Below are positions 50,904 to 60,487 of a stretch of 64,000 nt of DNA, piece after piece. The stretch is from an uncultured Verrucomicrobiae bacterium. GTDB lineage: Bacteria; Verrucomicrobiota; Verrucomicrobiia; Chthoniobacterales; UBA10450. The DNA is taken from positions 35,898-99,897 of the forward strand of contig CAWDGJ010000009.1 of NCBI GenBank assembly GCA_963801815.1, given 5' to 3'. A program made the translations under genes and the position numbers. Positions within the stretch are counted from its first letter, which is position 1. The number at the start of each line of letters is the position of its first letter. The notes beneath the pieces were generated by a model, which saw only the letters and a program-made list of their open reading frames with translations, was not told the origin of the DNA and did no database searches.

Positions 50904-51412
50904 AACAAATCATCTTAGTGTTTTTAGTAATGGCGGCGGTGAGTGCCGTGGTAAAAGGACAGGGTCCGACTGCCAGTCCGGGTAACCCGTTCAATCCATT
51001 CCAGCCGCCCAATCGCGATTATCCGACGCCACGGCCAACGGTAAGCAAAAAGGCATTGTCGCAGGTTCCGGTACAAACGCAGGATGCAAAGACCAACCGC
51101 AACTCGAGCACCTCGATTGTAACCCCGACGCCTCGGCCTAACAACCCAACGATGCCACCGGAAAACAGCGCGCCCGTAGCGAGCGGAAGTATATTGTTCG
51201 GCAACGGTGCCCAGCTCGTTCGCCAAGGCGATCGAGTCATCATCACCTACGGCGGTAGGCGTTATGTCATGTCCCGCAAAGACGCTAAGCCTCCCCCAGC
51301 TGGCATGAAGCTAAACTGTCGACAGATTAAACACATCCTCGATACGGCGCGCAGGGTGGATGACAACTGGAGAGAAATGTCGATTTATTGGGCGGACCAC
51401 TGTCTGCGTTAA
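50900..51412 (+). CDS. secreted Pro-rich protein, FxNGA/WRE-Cys family member 3
   Basis: signal peptide, Pro/Thr linker, FGNGA...CRQIKHILD...WREMS...C. Confidence 0.7.
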   Translation: MKQIILVFLVMAAVSAVVKGQGPTASPGNPFNPFQPPNRDYPTPRPTVSKKALSQVPVQTQDAKTNRNSSTSIVTPTPRPNNPTMPPENSAPVASGSILFGNGAQLVRQGDRVIITYGGRRYVMSRKDAKPPPAGMKLNCRQIKHILDTARRVDDNWREMSIYWADHCLR

Positions 51413-51530
51413 GGGTCGTTTTATTCGACGGAGTCCGAGAGAAGCCAGCCAAAAGTTTAACTTCCCAGCTTTCACATAGTCTGCGCGACGTTGCCTTCGT
51501 TTCTCCTAGAAAATAGAGTGCACAAGGAAG

Positions 51531-51926
51531 TCAGCCGCGCAGCTGCCGTTCGTAGTCCGCGGCATCGAAGTGGCCTTGCGATTCAGCGATCAAGCCAGCA
51601 TTGTCGATCGTCCAAAGTTCATAGCCATTGATGCGAACTTTGTTCCCAGTCCCGCCAGGCCCGGTGTTGGTTCCGGTTAACGTCCAATGAAACGCTGTCG
51701 CATCGCCGCGCGGCTCAAGTTTGTCGAAGGTCACGACCATGTCCGGGAATGTTGTCATGAACGCCAGCGCTTCCTTGGAAATCGCCGCGCGTCCGATCGC
51801 GGGCGACCCGTCGTTAATGCTAATTGAGCCGCGCTCGGCGAAAAACGCTGCGACGTTTTCCGGATCCCGGCTGGACCAGGCCGTCGCATATCGCTTCGCA
51901 AAGTTCTTTAGCTTGTCACTCGTCAC
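51531..51926 (-). CDS. SnoaL/NTF2-like protein
   Basis: YATAWSS.DP..VA.F, FM..FPD, FHWTLTGTNTG. Confidence 0.85.
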   Translation of the reverse strand: MTSDKLKNFAKRYATAWSSRDPENVAAFFAERGSISINDGSPAIGRAAISKEALAFMTTFPDMVVTFDKLEPRGDATAFHWTLTGTNTGPGGTGNKVRINGYELWTIDNAGLIAESQGHFDAADYERQLRG

Positions 51927-51936
51927 ACATCACTTG

Positions 51937-52461
51937 TCACTTTGGTTTTCCCGGAAGCGTAACCTCGCTCAGATTGTAAGCTGAAAATGCAGTTGGCGTG
52001 TTGCCTTTCGCGATGATCGCGCGAACGAGCAGGTCAAATTCTTCGGTATGCCAGTGTTTCCGAAATTCCCACCACTGTTGCACCCCGGGATAAGCAATTA
52101 GGTCGCTCATCGTCCTTTCAACGGCTTTCCATGATGAGCCAGTCAGAATTCCCTGCGCATGCGAGAAGTACATTCCTTCAAAGATGTTCAAAAGACGATT
52201 GAAGAACGCGCTGAAGCGGAGTTTCGATACCGAATCCAGATCGTTAAAGGAATGTGCGCCGCGGAGAAAAATCGCGGCCATCTCCGGATTATTGTGCAGC
52301 GATTCAGTAAGCGCTCCCCATTGCTCGGTGAGCGCGTGGACGGCAGCCTGCCTGCGTTCTTTCGTCTGCTCGCGAATTTGAACTGCGACGTAAATCAAAG
52401 ACGGAATCCCAACAAACACCGCTGCGAGCTGGCCAACTGCCGCGATCATTTCCCAGTTCAT
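51937..52461 (-). CDS. hypothetical N-anchored helical protein, paralogue 3
   Basis: MNWEMIAAVGQLAAVFVGIPSLIYVAVQIR...PGVQQWW. Confidence 0.78.
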   Translation of the reverse strand: MNWEMIAAVGQLAAVFVGIPSLIYVAVQIREQTKERRQAAVHALTEQWGALTESLHNNPEMAAIFLRGAHSFNDLDSVSKLRFSAFFNRLLNIFEGMYFSHAQGILTGSSWKAVERTMSDLIAYPGVQQWWEFRKHWHTEEFDLLVRAIIAKGNTPTAFSAYNLSEVTLPGKPK

Positions 52462-52510
52462 TGAGGCAACAACTATTGTTCTAATTTGGCCTGGGCGAGC
52501 AGTTGCATCG

Positions 52511-53035
52511 TCACCCCTGCTCGGTAGGCGGCGGAGACTTCGGCAGACCGTAAGTTGAGTAGGCCGTGGGATTGATTCCGCGCGCGATCATCGCGTCCAC
52601 GACACGGGCAAATTCTTCGGTGTGCCAGTGTCTTCTTGTTTGCCACCACTGTTGCGCACCGGGATACGCGATCAAATCTGTCATGGTGCGTTCGACTTCG
52701 CCCCATAATGGCTCCGGGAGCATGCCGTGACGATGCGCGAAGTATATCGCCTGAAAATTCTTGAAAGTGCGATTGAAGAACGCACTGATTTGCGTTTTCG
52801 AGACCGCGTCAAGATCCTGGAACGACTGCATACCGCGAAGATAAACAGCACTGAATTCTCTGCTTTCATGGAAGGCCGACATGGCGTCGCCCCACCGCGT
52901 GGTAAGCTCGTTGACCGCGGATTGCCGTCGCTCTTGGGTTTGCGCCCGAATCTGCAGGGCAAGGTAAATCAACGATGGAATTCCGACGACGACGGCCGCC
53001 AATTGACCCATTGCTGTCAGCATTTCCCAATTCAT
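52511..53035 (-). CDS. hypothetical N-anchored helical protein, paralogue 4
   Basis: MNWEMLTAMGQLAAVVVGIPSLIYLALQIR...PGAQQWW; colinear with paralogue 3 over its full length. Confidence 0.78.
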   Translation of the reverse strand: MNWEMLTAMGQLAAVVVGIPSLIYLALQIRAQTQERRQSAVNELTTRWGDAMSAFHESREFSAVYLRGMQSFQDLDAVSKTQISAFFNRTFKNFQAIYFAHRHGMLPEPLWGEVERTMTDLIAYPGAQQWWQTRRHWHTEEFARVVDAMIARGINPTAYSTYGLPKSPPPTEQG

Positions 53036-53041
53036 AGAAGC

Positions 53042-53131
53042 AGTGACATGTGACATATGACCAGTGACGACACAAATGCTGTCGAATTACGCTTCTGGAA
53101 CTTGTCACTAGTCACGTGTCACTCGTCACTT
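53042..53131. repeat. GTGAC/GTCAC heptamer-based inverted repeat
   Basis: agtgacatgtgacatatgaccagtgac ... gtcactagtcacgtgtcactcgtcact; related units at 5841, 40757, 44406, 46440, 51912, 54163, 55109-55258 and 58250. Confidence 0.7.
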
Positions 53132-54152
53132 TTATAACCGTCCTGACGTGACCAATGGAATGCTGAAGTTCATCGAGGGCGGCGTTGATCTGTTCTGCGT
53201 CGAGATCGACAGCTCGCAAAGCCTCCGGCGGAAAACGCAGCTTGCCGTCGCGCACGAATCCCATCAGGGCCGGCAGTTCAGACGCCAAATGATCCGACAC
53301 ACCGATGATCTCCGCTTCCTTGTTAATCAATTCCGTGTACGGAGAGATGGACATCGATTCCTTGGTCAATCCAACGAGCGCGGCGTGTCCGAGTGGGGCC
53401 AGGCACAGAACGGCTTGTCGCATCGTTCTCGCAGAACCGATCAACTCCAGTGAGACGTCTACACCTTTTCCGCGGGTGGCTTCTCTGATTTGCTCGACCG
53501 GATCTCCGGCATTCGCATCGATGGCGACAGCGCCAAGTTTTTTGACTGAAGCAAGCTTGGTCGGATTGATTTCGACGACATAGACCTCGCCGCAGCCCAA
53601 AGCGCGCGCCAATTGCAATGCCGAGAAGCCAAGTCCGCCGAACCCAAAAACAGCGACCGACTCGCCGGGTTTCAGTCGCGCCTTGTTCAAAGCGTGAAAC
53701 GCCGTGACCGACGAGCACATCATTATCGCGCCGACCTCGAACGAGATTTTGTCCGGAAGCGCGAGCGCGTTTGCCGCCGGAACCTTGATAAACTCCGCAT
53801 ATCCGCCGTCGCGATGCTTACCGATCATCTGTCCGCTCGAGCAGAATTGCTCCAAGCCGTGCCGGCAAAACTCGCAGTGCCCGCAGTGTACTAAATAGTG
53901 TAGGCAAACCCGATCGCCCGGCGTGACGTTCGTAACATCTTTTCCAATGCGCTCGACGCGACCGGCGACTTCGTGACCAAGTGTCACGGGCAAGTTATCG
54001 ATCTTTGAAATTCCTGCGCGATAATGCGCATCCGAATGGCAAATTCCGGCAGCCGCAACCCGAATCAAAATATCCTGGGCGCCAATTTCGGGGACTGGAA
54101 CGTCTTTATTTTCCAGCGGCGTACCGATTTGAATGAGCTGTACTGCTCGCAT
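53112..54152 (-). CDS. zinc-dependent alcohol dehydrogenase family protein
   Basis: GICHSD, LGHEVAG, CGHCEFC..G.EQFC, GFGGLG. Confidence 0.92.
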   Translation of the reverse strand: MRAVQLIQIGTPLENKDVPVPEIGAQDILIRVAAAGICHSDAHYRAGISKIDNLPVTLGHEVAGRVERIGKDVTNVTPGDRVCLHYLVHCGHCEFCRHGLEQFCSSGQMIGKHRDGGYAEFIKVPAANALALPDKISFEVGAIMMCSSVTAFHALNKARLKPGESVAVFGFGGLGFSALQLARALGCGEVYVVEINPTKLASVKKLGAVAIDANAGDPVEQIREATRGKGVDVSLELIGSARTMRQAVLCLAPLGHAALVGLTKESMSISPYTELINKEAEIIGVSDHLASELPALMGFVRDGKLRFPPEALRAVDLDAEQINAALDELQHSIGHVRTVIKVTSDT

Positions 54153-54300
54153 TCAGTCGAGCTTGTCACTGGTCACACGTCCTTTGCACTTCTTTTGTTT
54201 CAACTGCGGATTACACGGATTTCCCGGATTGGGGAACGCACGCGCCTCGCGTGCTGGTTTCGGCGCCTCGCCGAAACAAACTTCAATGCTAGCGTCCGCT

Positions 54301-55113
54301 ATGAAATCGATCGAAGAGAAACGCGCGGAGTTTCGAAAACTTCACGAGAAAGGATGCTTCGCGCTTCCAAACCCTTGGGACGCAGGGACTGCCAAATACT
54401 TACAGCATCTCGGATTCAAAGCCATCGCGACGACGTCGGCCGGCTTCGCGTTCTCCCGCGGACTCGCTGACGGCTCGGTCAAACGCGACGACATGATCAC
54501 GCATATCAAAGAGCTGGTTGAAGCCACCGACATTCCGGTGAACGCGGATTTCGAAAACGGTTACACCGACGATCCAAATTGGTGTGCAGAGAATGCGCGA
54601 CTCTGCTCCGAAACTGGCGTTGCCGGTTTGTCGATCGAAGATGCAGCCGATCGAAAAGAATCGCCGCTCTATGACGTGAATCTCGCTGTCGAACGCATTC
54701 ACGCGGTGCGCGAAGCGCTGCATGGAACTGGCGTTTTGCTGGTTGGACGCGCGGAGGGATTTCTCGTTGGCCGCGAGAAACTCGATCAGGTCATCAAACG
54801 CCTCGTGAAATATTCCGAAGCCGGCGCCGATTGCTTGTACGCGCCGGGGTTCAAAGACCGCGACAGCAATAAAGCGATCGTCGATGCAGTCGCGCCGAAA
54901 CCGGTGAACGTGCTGATTGGCGGACCGGGCGGACTAACGATGCGCGACGCCGAAGAAATTGGCGCGCGTCGCGTTAGCGTCGGCGGCGCGTTCGCGCGCG
55001 CAGCCTGGGGCGGATTCATCCGCTCGGCAAAAGAATTAATGGAGCAGGGGACCTTCGACGAATTGAAGAACGCCACATCTTACGCCGAGCTGCAAAAGTT
55101 ATTTCAGAAGTGA
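54301..55113 (+). CDS. isocitrate lyase / PEP mutase family protein
   Basis: PNPWDAG, ATTSAG, PVNADFENG, GLSIED, AGADCLYAP. Confidence 0.88.
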   Translation: MKSIEEKRAEFRKLHEKGCFALPNPWDAGTAKYLQHLGFKAIATTSAGFAFSRGLADGSVKRDDMITHIKELVEATDIPVNADFENGYTDDPNWCAENARLCSETGVAGLSIEDAADRKESPLYDVNLAVERIHAVREALHGTGVLLVGRAEGFLVGREKLDQVIKRLVKYSEAGADCLYAPGFKDRDSNKAIVDAVAPKPVNVLIGGPGGLTMRDAEEIGARRVSVGGAFARAAWGGFIRSAKELMEQGTFDELKNATSYAELQKLFQK

Positions 55114-55261
55114 CATGTGACGAGTGACGCGACACGCGTAGGCGCAAACATGGGAACGGGTTGATAGTTCTTCGCTGCAAAGACAACGTTTCTGCAGTCA
55201 GCTCAGTCGCGCTTCCTCTCAACTATCAACCATCAACTTTCTTGGTCACTGGTCACTTCTC

Positions 55262-57286
55262 TTATTTCGGCGCCAACGAAGCCACGAGTTTGTCAAAGCG
55301 GGGGTCGCCGCGGAGTGGGGCCCAGAGTGGATGAAGCTTTAAACGCGCGTAATTGGTGTAACCGGGCATCGTTACAAGTTTTTGCACGAGCTCAATCGCG
55401 CGGTTGCGGTCCCCGGTCCAGGTGTAAACTTGCGCGAGACCTTCCAAGACGAGCGCGCCATCGTAAATATCTTTCGAGACCGGCATCAGTTCGATGGCGT
55501 GTTGCGCTTCCTGGATCGCCAGATCTTTGTTGCCAAGGCCGGCGTCGACCTGCGCGAGCACGGCGATTGTGCGCGCGTGCTCGGGTTTAACGACTAGTCG
55601 TTGGGCGAGAATCTCGCGGCATTCGCGAAACGCCGTCTTCGCTTTCGCCGAATCGCCTTTCGCGCGCGCGATCATCGCTTCGTACCACGATTTCGGAAAA
55701 TAAAAGCTGAAGTCGATGTCCTGAAAATCTTTCCGCGGCGAGTCGTCTAGAAATTTCTCCGCTTTCGCGTAATCGCCATCCAACATCGCCATCCACACCC
55801 GGACCGGCGTTTGGCCGCCGGCGAACTCCATGTCCGGGTACTTATTCAGTACATCGCGGAACGGCCCGGAATCGCAGGTTCCGTAAAAGATGGACGCCGC
55901 GCGCCGAAACCGGACGATGGGCTCCGTCTCGCCCGCGGCCAGCACGCTGTCAGAGACGCGGACTGCTTCAGAAAGGCGGCGCTCGAGAACATAAGTGTCC
56001 GCGAGAAGATTGTAGGCGTTCGGATTTCGCGGATCGATCGCGAACGCGGTGGAGAAATCGCGTTCGCCTTCGGGAAAATGATTCCGGCGCCGATTGATGT
56101 AACCGGAGAGGATGAAGAACGGGCTGCTGTTCGGCAAACCCGGCCGGGCGATGGCGAGCTCTTCAACAGCACGATCGTAATCGCGCCGGCAGCGAAAAAG
56201 AAAATCCGCCCGCGCGAAATGCGCCTCGGCGGAATCGGGACGAAGCCGCAGCGCGTTGTTGACTGCGGCCTCGGCGAGTGAAACGCGGTCCGGAGTTGGA
56301 TCGAGATCGAAAAAGAAAAGAAGCGAGTTCGCGCGCGCGGAGAGACAATAGGCGGAGACGAAGTTCGGGTCGCGCTTGATCGCCTGGTCGAGCGACTTCA
56401 AAGCTCCGAGCAACGCGGCCCGCACATCGGTCGCATTGATGTAACTGTCCACGACGGCCTTGGCCTGGATGTAGAGTTCGAACGCGTCGAGGTCCTGGGT
56501 CGGGCGTTGTTCGATCTCGGCCTTCTGTTCCGGCGAAAGTTTGGCCTTCAACTGCGTGGCGATCGATTGCGCGAGCTCGCTTTGGATCGCGAACAGATCG
56601 GCCGCCGTGCGGTCGTAGGTTTCGGCCCAGATATGCGAATCGGTCCGGGCGTCGATGAGTTCGGCGTTGATCCGAAGACGGTCGCGAGCGCGTTGCACCG
56701 AGCCTTCCATGATGTAAGCAACGCCGAGCTGCCTTCCGATCTCCCGCACATTGCGTTCGGCGCCAGTCTTGTATTGGCGCACGCTGGTGTGACTGATCAC
56801 TTTCAAATCCGAAACCTTGGCCAGATTGGTCAGGATCTGGTCCTGCACACCGTCGGCGAAATAAGCGTCATCGTGATCATCGCTCAACGTCGCGAACGGC
56901 AAAACCGCGATCGATTTATTTTCATCTTTCGACGCGATCCGATTCGGCGCGGTGTAACGGCCGACAAAAAACAACGAGATCGAGAACGCGACGCCAATGA
57001 GAACGATGTAGATCCACGGGCCGTGAATTGTGTGCGGCGTGTCAACATCGACATCCTCCGTGCGCTTGATTCCTTCCGGTGTTAACTCAAAGGCCCATGC
57101 ACACGCGACCGCGATGGGAAAGCCGATGATGATCAGGACGACGAGCAGGCGAACGATCCAGTTCGGAATGTCGAAGATCGGGAGGACCTGAGCGATCCCC
57201 TGGGAAAGCGCCCATCCTCCGACGATGTAAGCGACAGCGACCTTGTAAACATTGCGCCGCTTCAATTCGCCGAAGAAATCCTTCAT
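55262..57286 (-). CDS. membrane TolB-like + TPR protein (no cyclase domain)
   Basis: FFGELKRRNVYKVA N-terminal TM block; KSIAVLPF, VISHTS; LHPLWAPLRGDPRF; paralogous to 6120..8501. Confidence 0.85.
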   Translation of the reverse strand: MKDFFGELKRRNVYKVAVAYIVGGWALSQGIAQVLPIFDIPNWIVRLLVVLIIIGFPIAVACAWAFELTPEGIKRTEDVDVDTPHTIHGPWIYIVLIGVAFSISLFFVGRYTAPNRIASKDENKSIAVLPFATLSDDHDDAYFADGVQDQILTNLAKVSDLKVISHTSVRQYKTGAERNVREIGRQLGVAYIMEGSVQRARDRLRINAELIDARTDSHIWAETYDRTAADLFAIQSELAQSIATQLKAKLSPEQKAEIEQRPTQDLDAFELYIQAKAVVDSYINATDVRAALLGALKSLDQAIKRDPNFVSAYCLSARANSLLFFFDLDPTPDRVSLAEAAVNNALRLRPDSAEAHFARADFLFRCRRDYDRAVEELAIARPGLPNSSPFFILSGYINRRRNHFPEGERDFSTAFAIDPRNPNAYNLLADTYVLERRLSEAVRVSDSVLAAGETEPIVRFRRAASIFYGTCDSGPFRDVLNKYPDMEFAGGQTPVRVWMAMLDGDYAKAEKFLDDSPRKDFQDIDFSFYFPKSWYEAMIARAKGDSAKAKTAFRECREILAQRLVVKPEHARTIAVLAQVDAGLGNKDLAIQEAQHAIELMPVSKDIYDGALVLEGLAQVYTWTGDRNRAIELVQKLVTMPGYTNYARLKLHPLWAPLRGDPRFDKLVASLAPK

Positions 57287-57382
57287 TCGTTATCCACCCG
57301 AAACCTATGCGCGTTTTGAGACGCTTAAAGTTCATTCACGCTATTCGGCGGCAACCGCATCCTGCACTGACGTTGCTCGACT

Positions 57383-57495
57383 CTGTGGTGGCAGGCGTTG
57401 GCGGGAGCAACACTACGGCGGGAGGTGCCGAGCGTAGCGAGTGCATCTAGGGAAGCCGGGCTCCGAGATTGGGGCATCGAGGTGTCTCGCCTGCA
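57383..57495. mobile_element. GTGG-family REP split by an ~87 bp insertion
   Basis: ctgtggtggcaggcgt[57399-57485]ctcgcctgca versus the intact copy at 5922-5948. Confidence 0.55.
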
Positions 57496-57532
57496 TTCTC
57501 GTCACGCGTCACTGGCTATTTGATGGCCCGAT

Positions 57533-58072
57533 TCACGCGCGGCGACGCATCGCCGAAGCCAGGGTCAAGCGCGAGATGCCGCTGAAGATCAGGCTGACGC
57601 CGATGATTGTCCCGATGAACCACAAGGCGCTGCTGGGCCATTGCGACCAGATCAGAATTGCGAGGATTAACGTCACGATTGCATCGAACAATATCCAGCC
57701 GGCGTTGACCGTGCGCCGAACTTGGAAGTAAAGCGCGGTCTCGATTGCCGCTTCAATCAGGAGAAAGATCGCCAGCACGAGCGTGAGCGTCACCAGACCG
57801 GCGAGCGGATTCATCAGCATGAACACGCCGGCCGCGCCGTAGATGACTGCGAGCAGGATTTGCCACAGAACGCCGCCGACGCTGTGCGTGTGAAACGCAA
57901 AGATCAAGTGCGAAACGGCCGCGAATATGAGGACCCATCCGACAACAATCACCACGCCGATCCCCGACACTAATGGGAGTGCGATTGCCGCAATCCCGCA
58001 AATCAACATCACGATTCCCCAAATCATCATGGAACGAGGTCCGCTACCTACCTCTGCTTTGGATTCATTCAT
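57533..58072 (-). CDS. HdeD / DUF308 family membrane protein
   Basis: six hydrophobic helices; WP.SA.W.IG..IG..LIFSG. Confidence 0.85.
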   Translation of the reverse strand: MNESKAEVGSGPRSMMIWGIVMLICGIAAIALPLVSGIGVVIVVGWVLIFAAVSHLIFAFHTHSVGGVLWQILLAVIYGAAGVFMLMNPLAGLVTLTLVLAIFLLIEAAIETALYFQVRRTVNAGWILFDAIVTLILAILIWSQWPSSALWFIGTIIGVSLIFSGISRLTLASAMRRRA

Positions 58073-58403
58073 AGTTTGTCCTTTCCGAGTGCTGCTTCTG
58101 ATTCAGCCCTCAACCTTCATCCCTCATCCTTTCGAAACCGTCCAGCTTAGAAATCCTCTTATGCCGGAATGTGGATTGCGATCTCGGCGGCGCGGCCGCG
58201 ATGACGTCTTAACGTTCTCTTCTTCTCTCAATACTTAATCGGTTATCTCTGATCACTGGTCACGCGTCACTTGTCTTTTTTGGAATGTTTAGATCTGACC
58301 CTTTGTTTCGTTTCCACGCCAGCATGATCCATCGCGAACGGTTAGGCAGACGCGGAGGAACTCCGTTGAAACGCTGAAAAACTGAAAGCTGAAAAGCGGA
58401 AGG

Positions 58404-60230
58404 TTATTCGGAGAAGAGTTCGATCGCGTCGATCAGCGATTCGGCGATCGCTTCTTTTGAAAGCCAGCGTTGTAAACCGTCGTATGCGTTTTCGTGCTGG
58501 CCCGGTGCCAAAAGAAAAGCCTGGGTGCCGTTGAGCCGGATCTTGGTCAGGATCTCGAATACGGATGTGTCCCCGCTGATGATGGCGTAATCCTGGGAGG
58601 CGATTTCCGCGACGGTGGTCTCCTGGCGCGGACGACGGACAGCTTGCAAAGCCGCGTTGATGGTGATGACGCCTGCTATTTTTGTTTGTTCCATGACAAG
58701 GAAACATGCATCCGCGGGATACGAAGGCAGGACGATGGCCAGCTCGGGCAAAGTCATATCGGCGGGGAGTCTGACGATGCCGGCGTGCTTCAATTCGCGG
58801 GCCGGTTTCATGTACTGGATGTTGGCCTGCATCGCACTGGGCATGTGGTGACCGCGCCGAGTGAGCTTCAGGGTGTAAATGCTTTCGTTGGAAATCATTT
58901 TTCGCACGCCGTAGGCGATCGCGACCGTGATCGTCATCGGCACGATGACTCCGTAGTCGAGAGTCATTTCGAAAATCATAACGATGGCGGTGATCGCTGC
59001 CCCGGTTGTTCCGCCAACGATGCCGGCCATTCCGACCACGGCGAAGGCGGCGGGGCTAATGGTGATACCGGGAAAAAAATGTTGGAGGAGAATGCCGTAG
59101 GCGCTGCCGAAGGTTGCGCCGAGGAAAAGTGCGGGAGAAAAAACGCCACCGGATGCGCCCGAGCCGAGGGTGAGTGAGGTTGCGAAAAGTTTGAGCGCGA
59201 AAAGAAGGAGCAGCAGCCAGAAGGAGTTGAGGGTGCCGGAAAGGACGTCCTGGATGGTAGAGTAACCGACGCCTTCAATGTGGTAAGCGCCGGTTTTGAC
59301 GAGAAGGAGATACATCAGGATGCCGAGCAGGAGCATGCCGCTGGCGTGGCGCAGATAGGGATTGCGAATCTTCGCGTCGAAAAAATCTTCGAAGGCGTAA
59401 ATTGACCGGATGTAAACGACCGAGATGAGGCCGATGATTAAACCCAACCCGACATAAGCGAGAAGGAGGATCGGATGCGTGAGATGGAAGTAACTGATTC
59501 TCAACTCAGGAATGGCGAAGGCAGGGTTGGGCCCAAAGAAAAAGCGGCCGACGTAACTGGCGCTGGCGGTCGCGATGACCACCGGCACAAGAGTCCAGAC
59601 GCTGACTTCGTGAAGCAAAAGTTCCGCGGCAAAAAGCACGCCGCCGATGGGAGTGTTAAAGGTCGCGGCGATTCCGGCGCCGGCGCCGGCGGCGATCAAA
59701 GTGGTGCGTTGCCAAGCCGGGATGCGCAGCCATTGACCGACAGTCGAACCGAAGGCGGAGCCGATCTGTATAATAGGACCCTCGCGCCCGACCGACCCGC
59801 CGCTGCCGATCGACAGCGCGGAGGCAAGCGATTTGATCACCGCGACGACCGGTCGAATTATGCTCTTATTATAATAAATGGCGTCCATCACTTCGGGCAC
59901 ACCGTGGCCACGCGCTTCCGGCGCAAAAGTCCGGACCAGCCAGGTGACACCCATCCCGCCAATGACCGGCACGAAAATAACCAGCGGTCCCCAAGGACTC
60001 GCCGGCGTGTAAACGCTGGAGTCGTAAAAAAAGGAAATCTTCCCGAGAAAAAATAGGTTGTGGATAAAAGCGATCATCCCGCGAAACAGGAAAGCGCCGA
60101 ATCCGCCGACCAGTCCGATGAGCATTGCCAGCAGCCAGAAACGCCACGGCGAAAGCGCAGTCTTCTTGGGGGGCACACCTTTCGCAGGCGAAGACAATTG
60201 CGCCGGCGTTTTCGTGTGTTGTTCAGCCAT
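58404..60230 (-). CDS. CLC chloride channel/antiporter with CBS domains
   Basis: GHGVPE, GSVGREGP, GASGGVFSP, FEMT. Confidence 0.92.
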   Translation of the reverse strand: MAEQHTKTPAQLSSPAKGVPPKKTALSPWRFWLLAMLIGLVGGFGAFLFRGMIAFIHNLFFLGKISFFYDSSVYTPASPWGPLVIFVPVIGGMGVTWLVRTFAPEARGHGVPEVMDAIYYNKSIIRPVVAVIKSLASALSIGSGGSVGREGPIIQIGSAFGSTVGQWLRIPAWQRTTLIAAGAGAGIAATFNTPIGGVLFAAELLLHEVSVWTLVPVVIATASASYVGRFFFGPNPAFAIPELRISYFHLTHPILLLAYVGLGLIIGLISVVYIRSIYAFEDFFDAKIRNPYLRHASGMLLLGILMYLLLVKTGAYHIEGVGYSTIQDVLSGTLNSFWLLLLLFALKLFATSLTLGSGASGGVFSPALFLGATFGSAYGILLQHFFPGITISPAAFAVVGMAGIVGGTTGAAITAIVMIFEMTLDYGVIVPMTITVAIAYGVRKMISNESIYTLKLTRRGHHMPSAMQANIQYMKPARELKHAGIVRLPADMTLPELAIVLPSYPADACFLVMEQTKIAGVITINAALQAVRRPRQETTVAEIASQDYAIISGDTSVFEILTKIRLNGTQAFLLAPGQHENAYDGLQRWLSKEAIAESLIDAIELFSE

Positions 60231-60487
60231 GAGCGAGACTTTCGGTCGGCGCCGTTTGGCACGCACTGTTTAAGAGCACACGAACGATAGAGTGAGCTGG
60301 CGCTCCGTTCAATGAACCAACGGACGGAGAAAATTACTAACGAATAAGAAATCGTCGGCGCGGCGTTGGTAGATCACACGCAGCGGACGGCAAAGAAGTC
60401 TATGCCGCCGAGCTCCAAAGTCACTTTCCGCTTTCCCAAGGGGAGCCGATCCATCTACCCTTCGACTCGGCCATCTTCCCAGAAACA

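Noticed and set aside
46477..51647. SnoaL duplicate as a DGR template/variable repeat pair
   Set aside because: Mismatches involve all bases and include an indel, and no RT is in the window; a decayed duplication is the simpler explanation.
43190..54152. Integron cassette array
   Set aside because: There are short co-oriented genes with intergenic palindromes, but I could not find consistent RYYYAAC/GTTRRRY attC boxes and no tyrosine recombinase is present.
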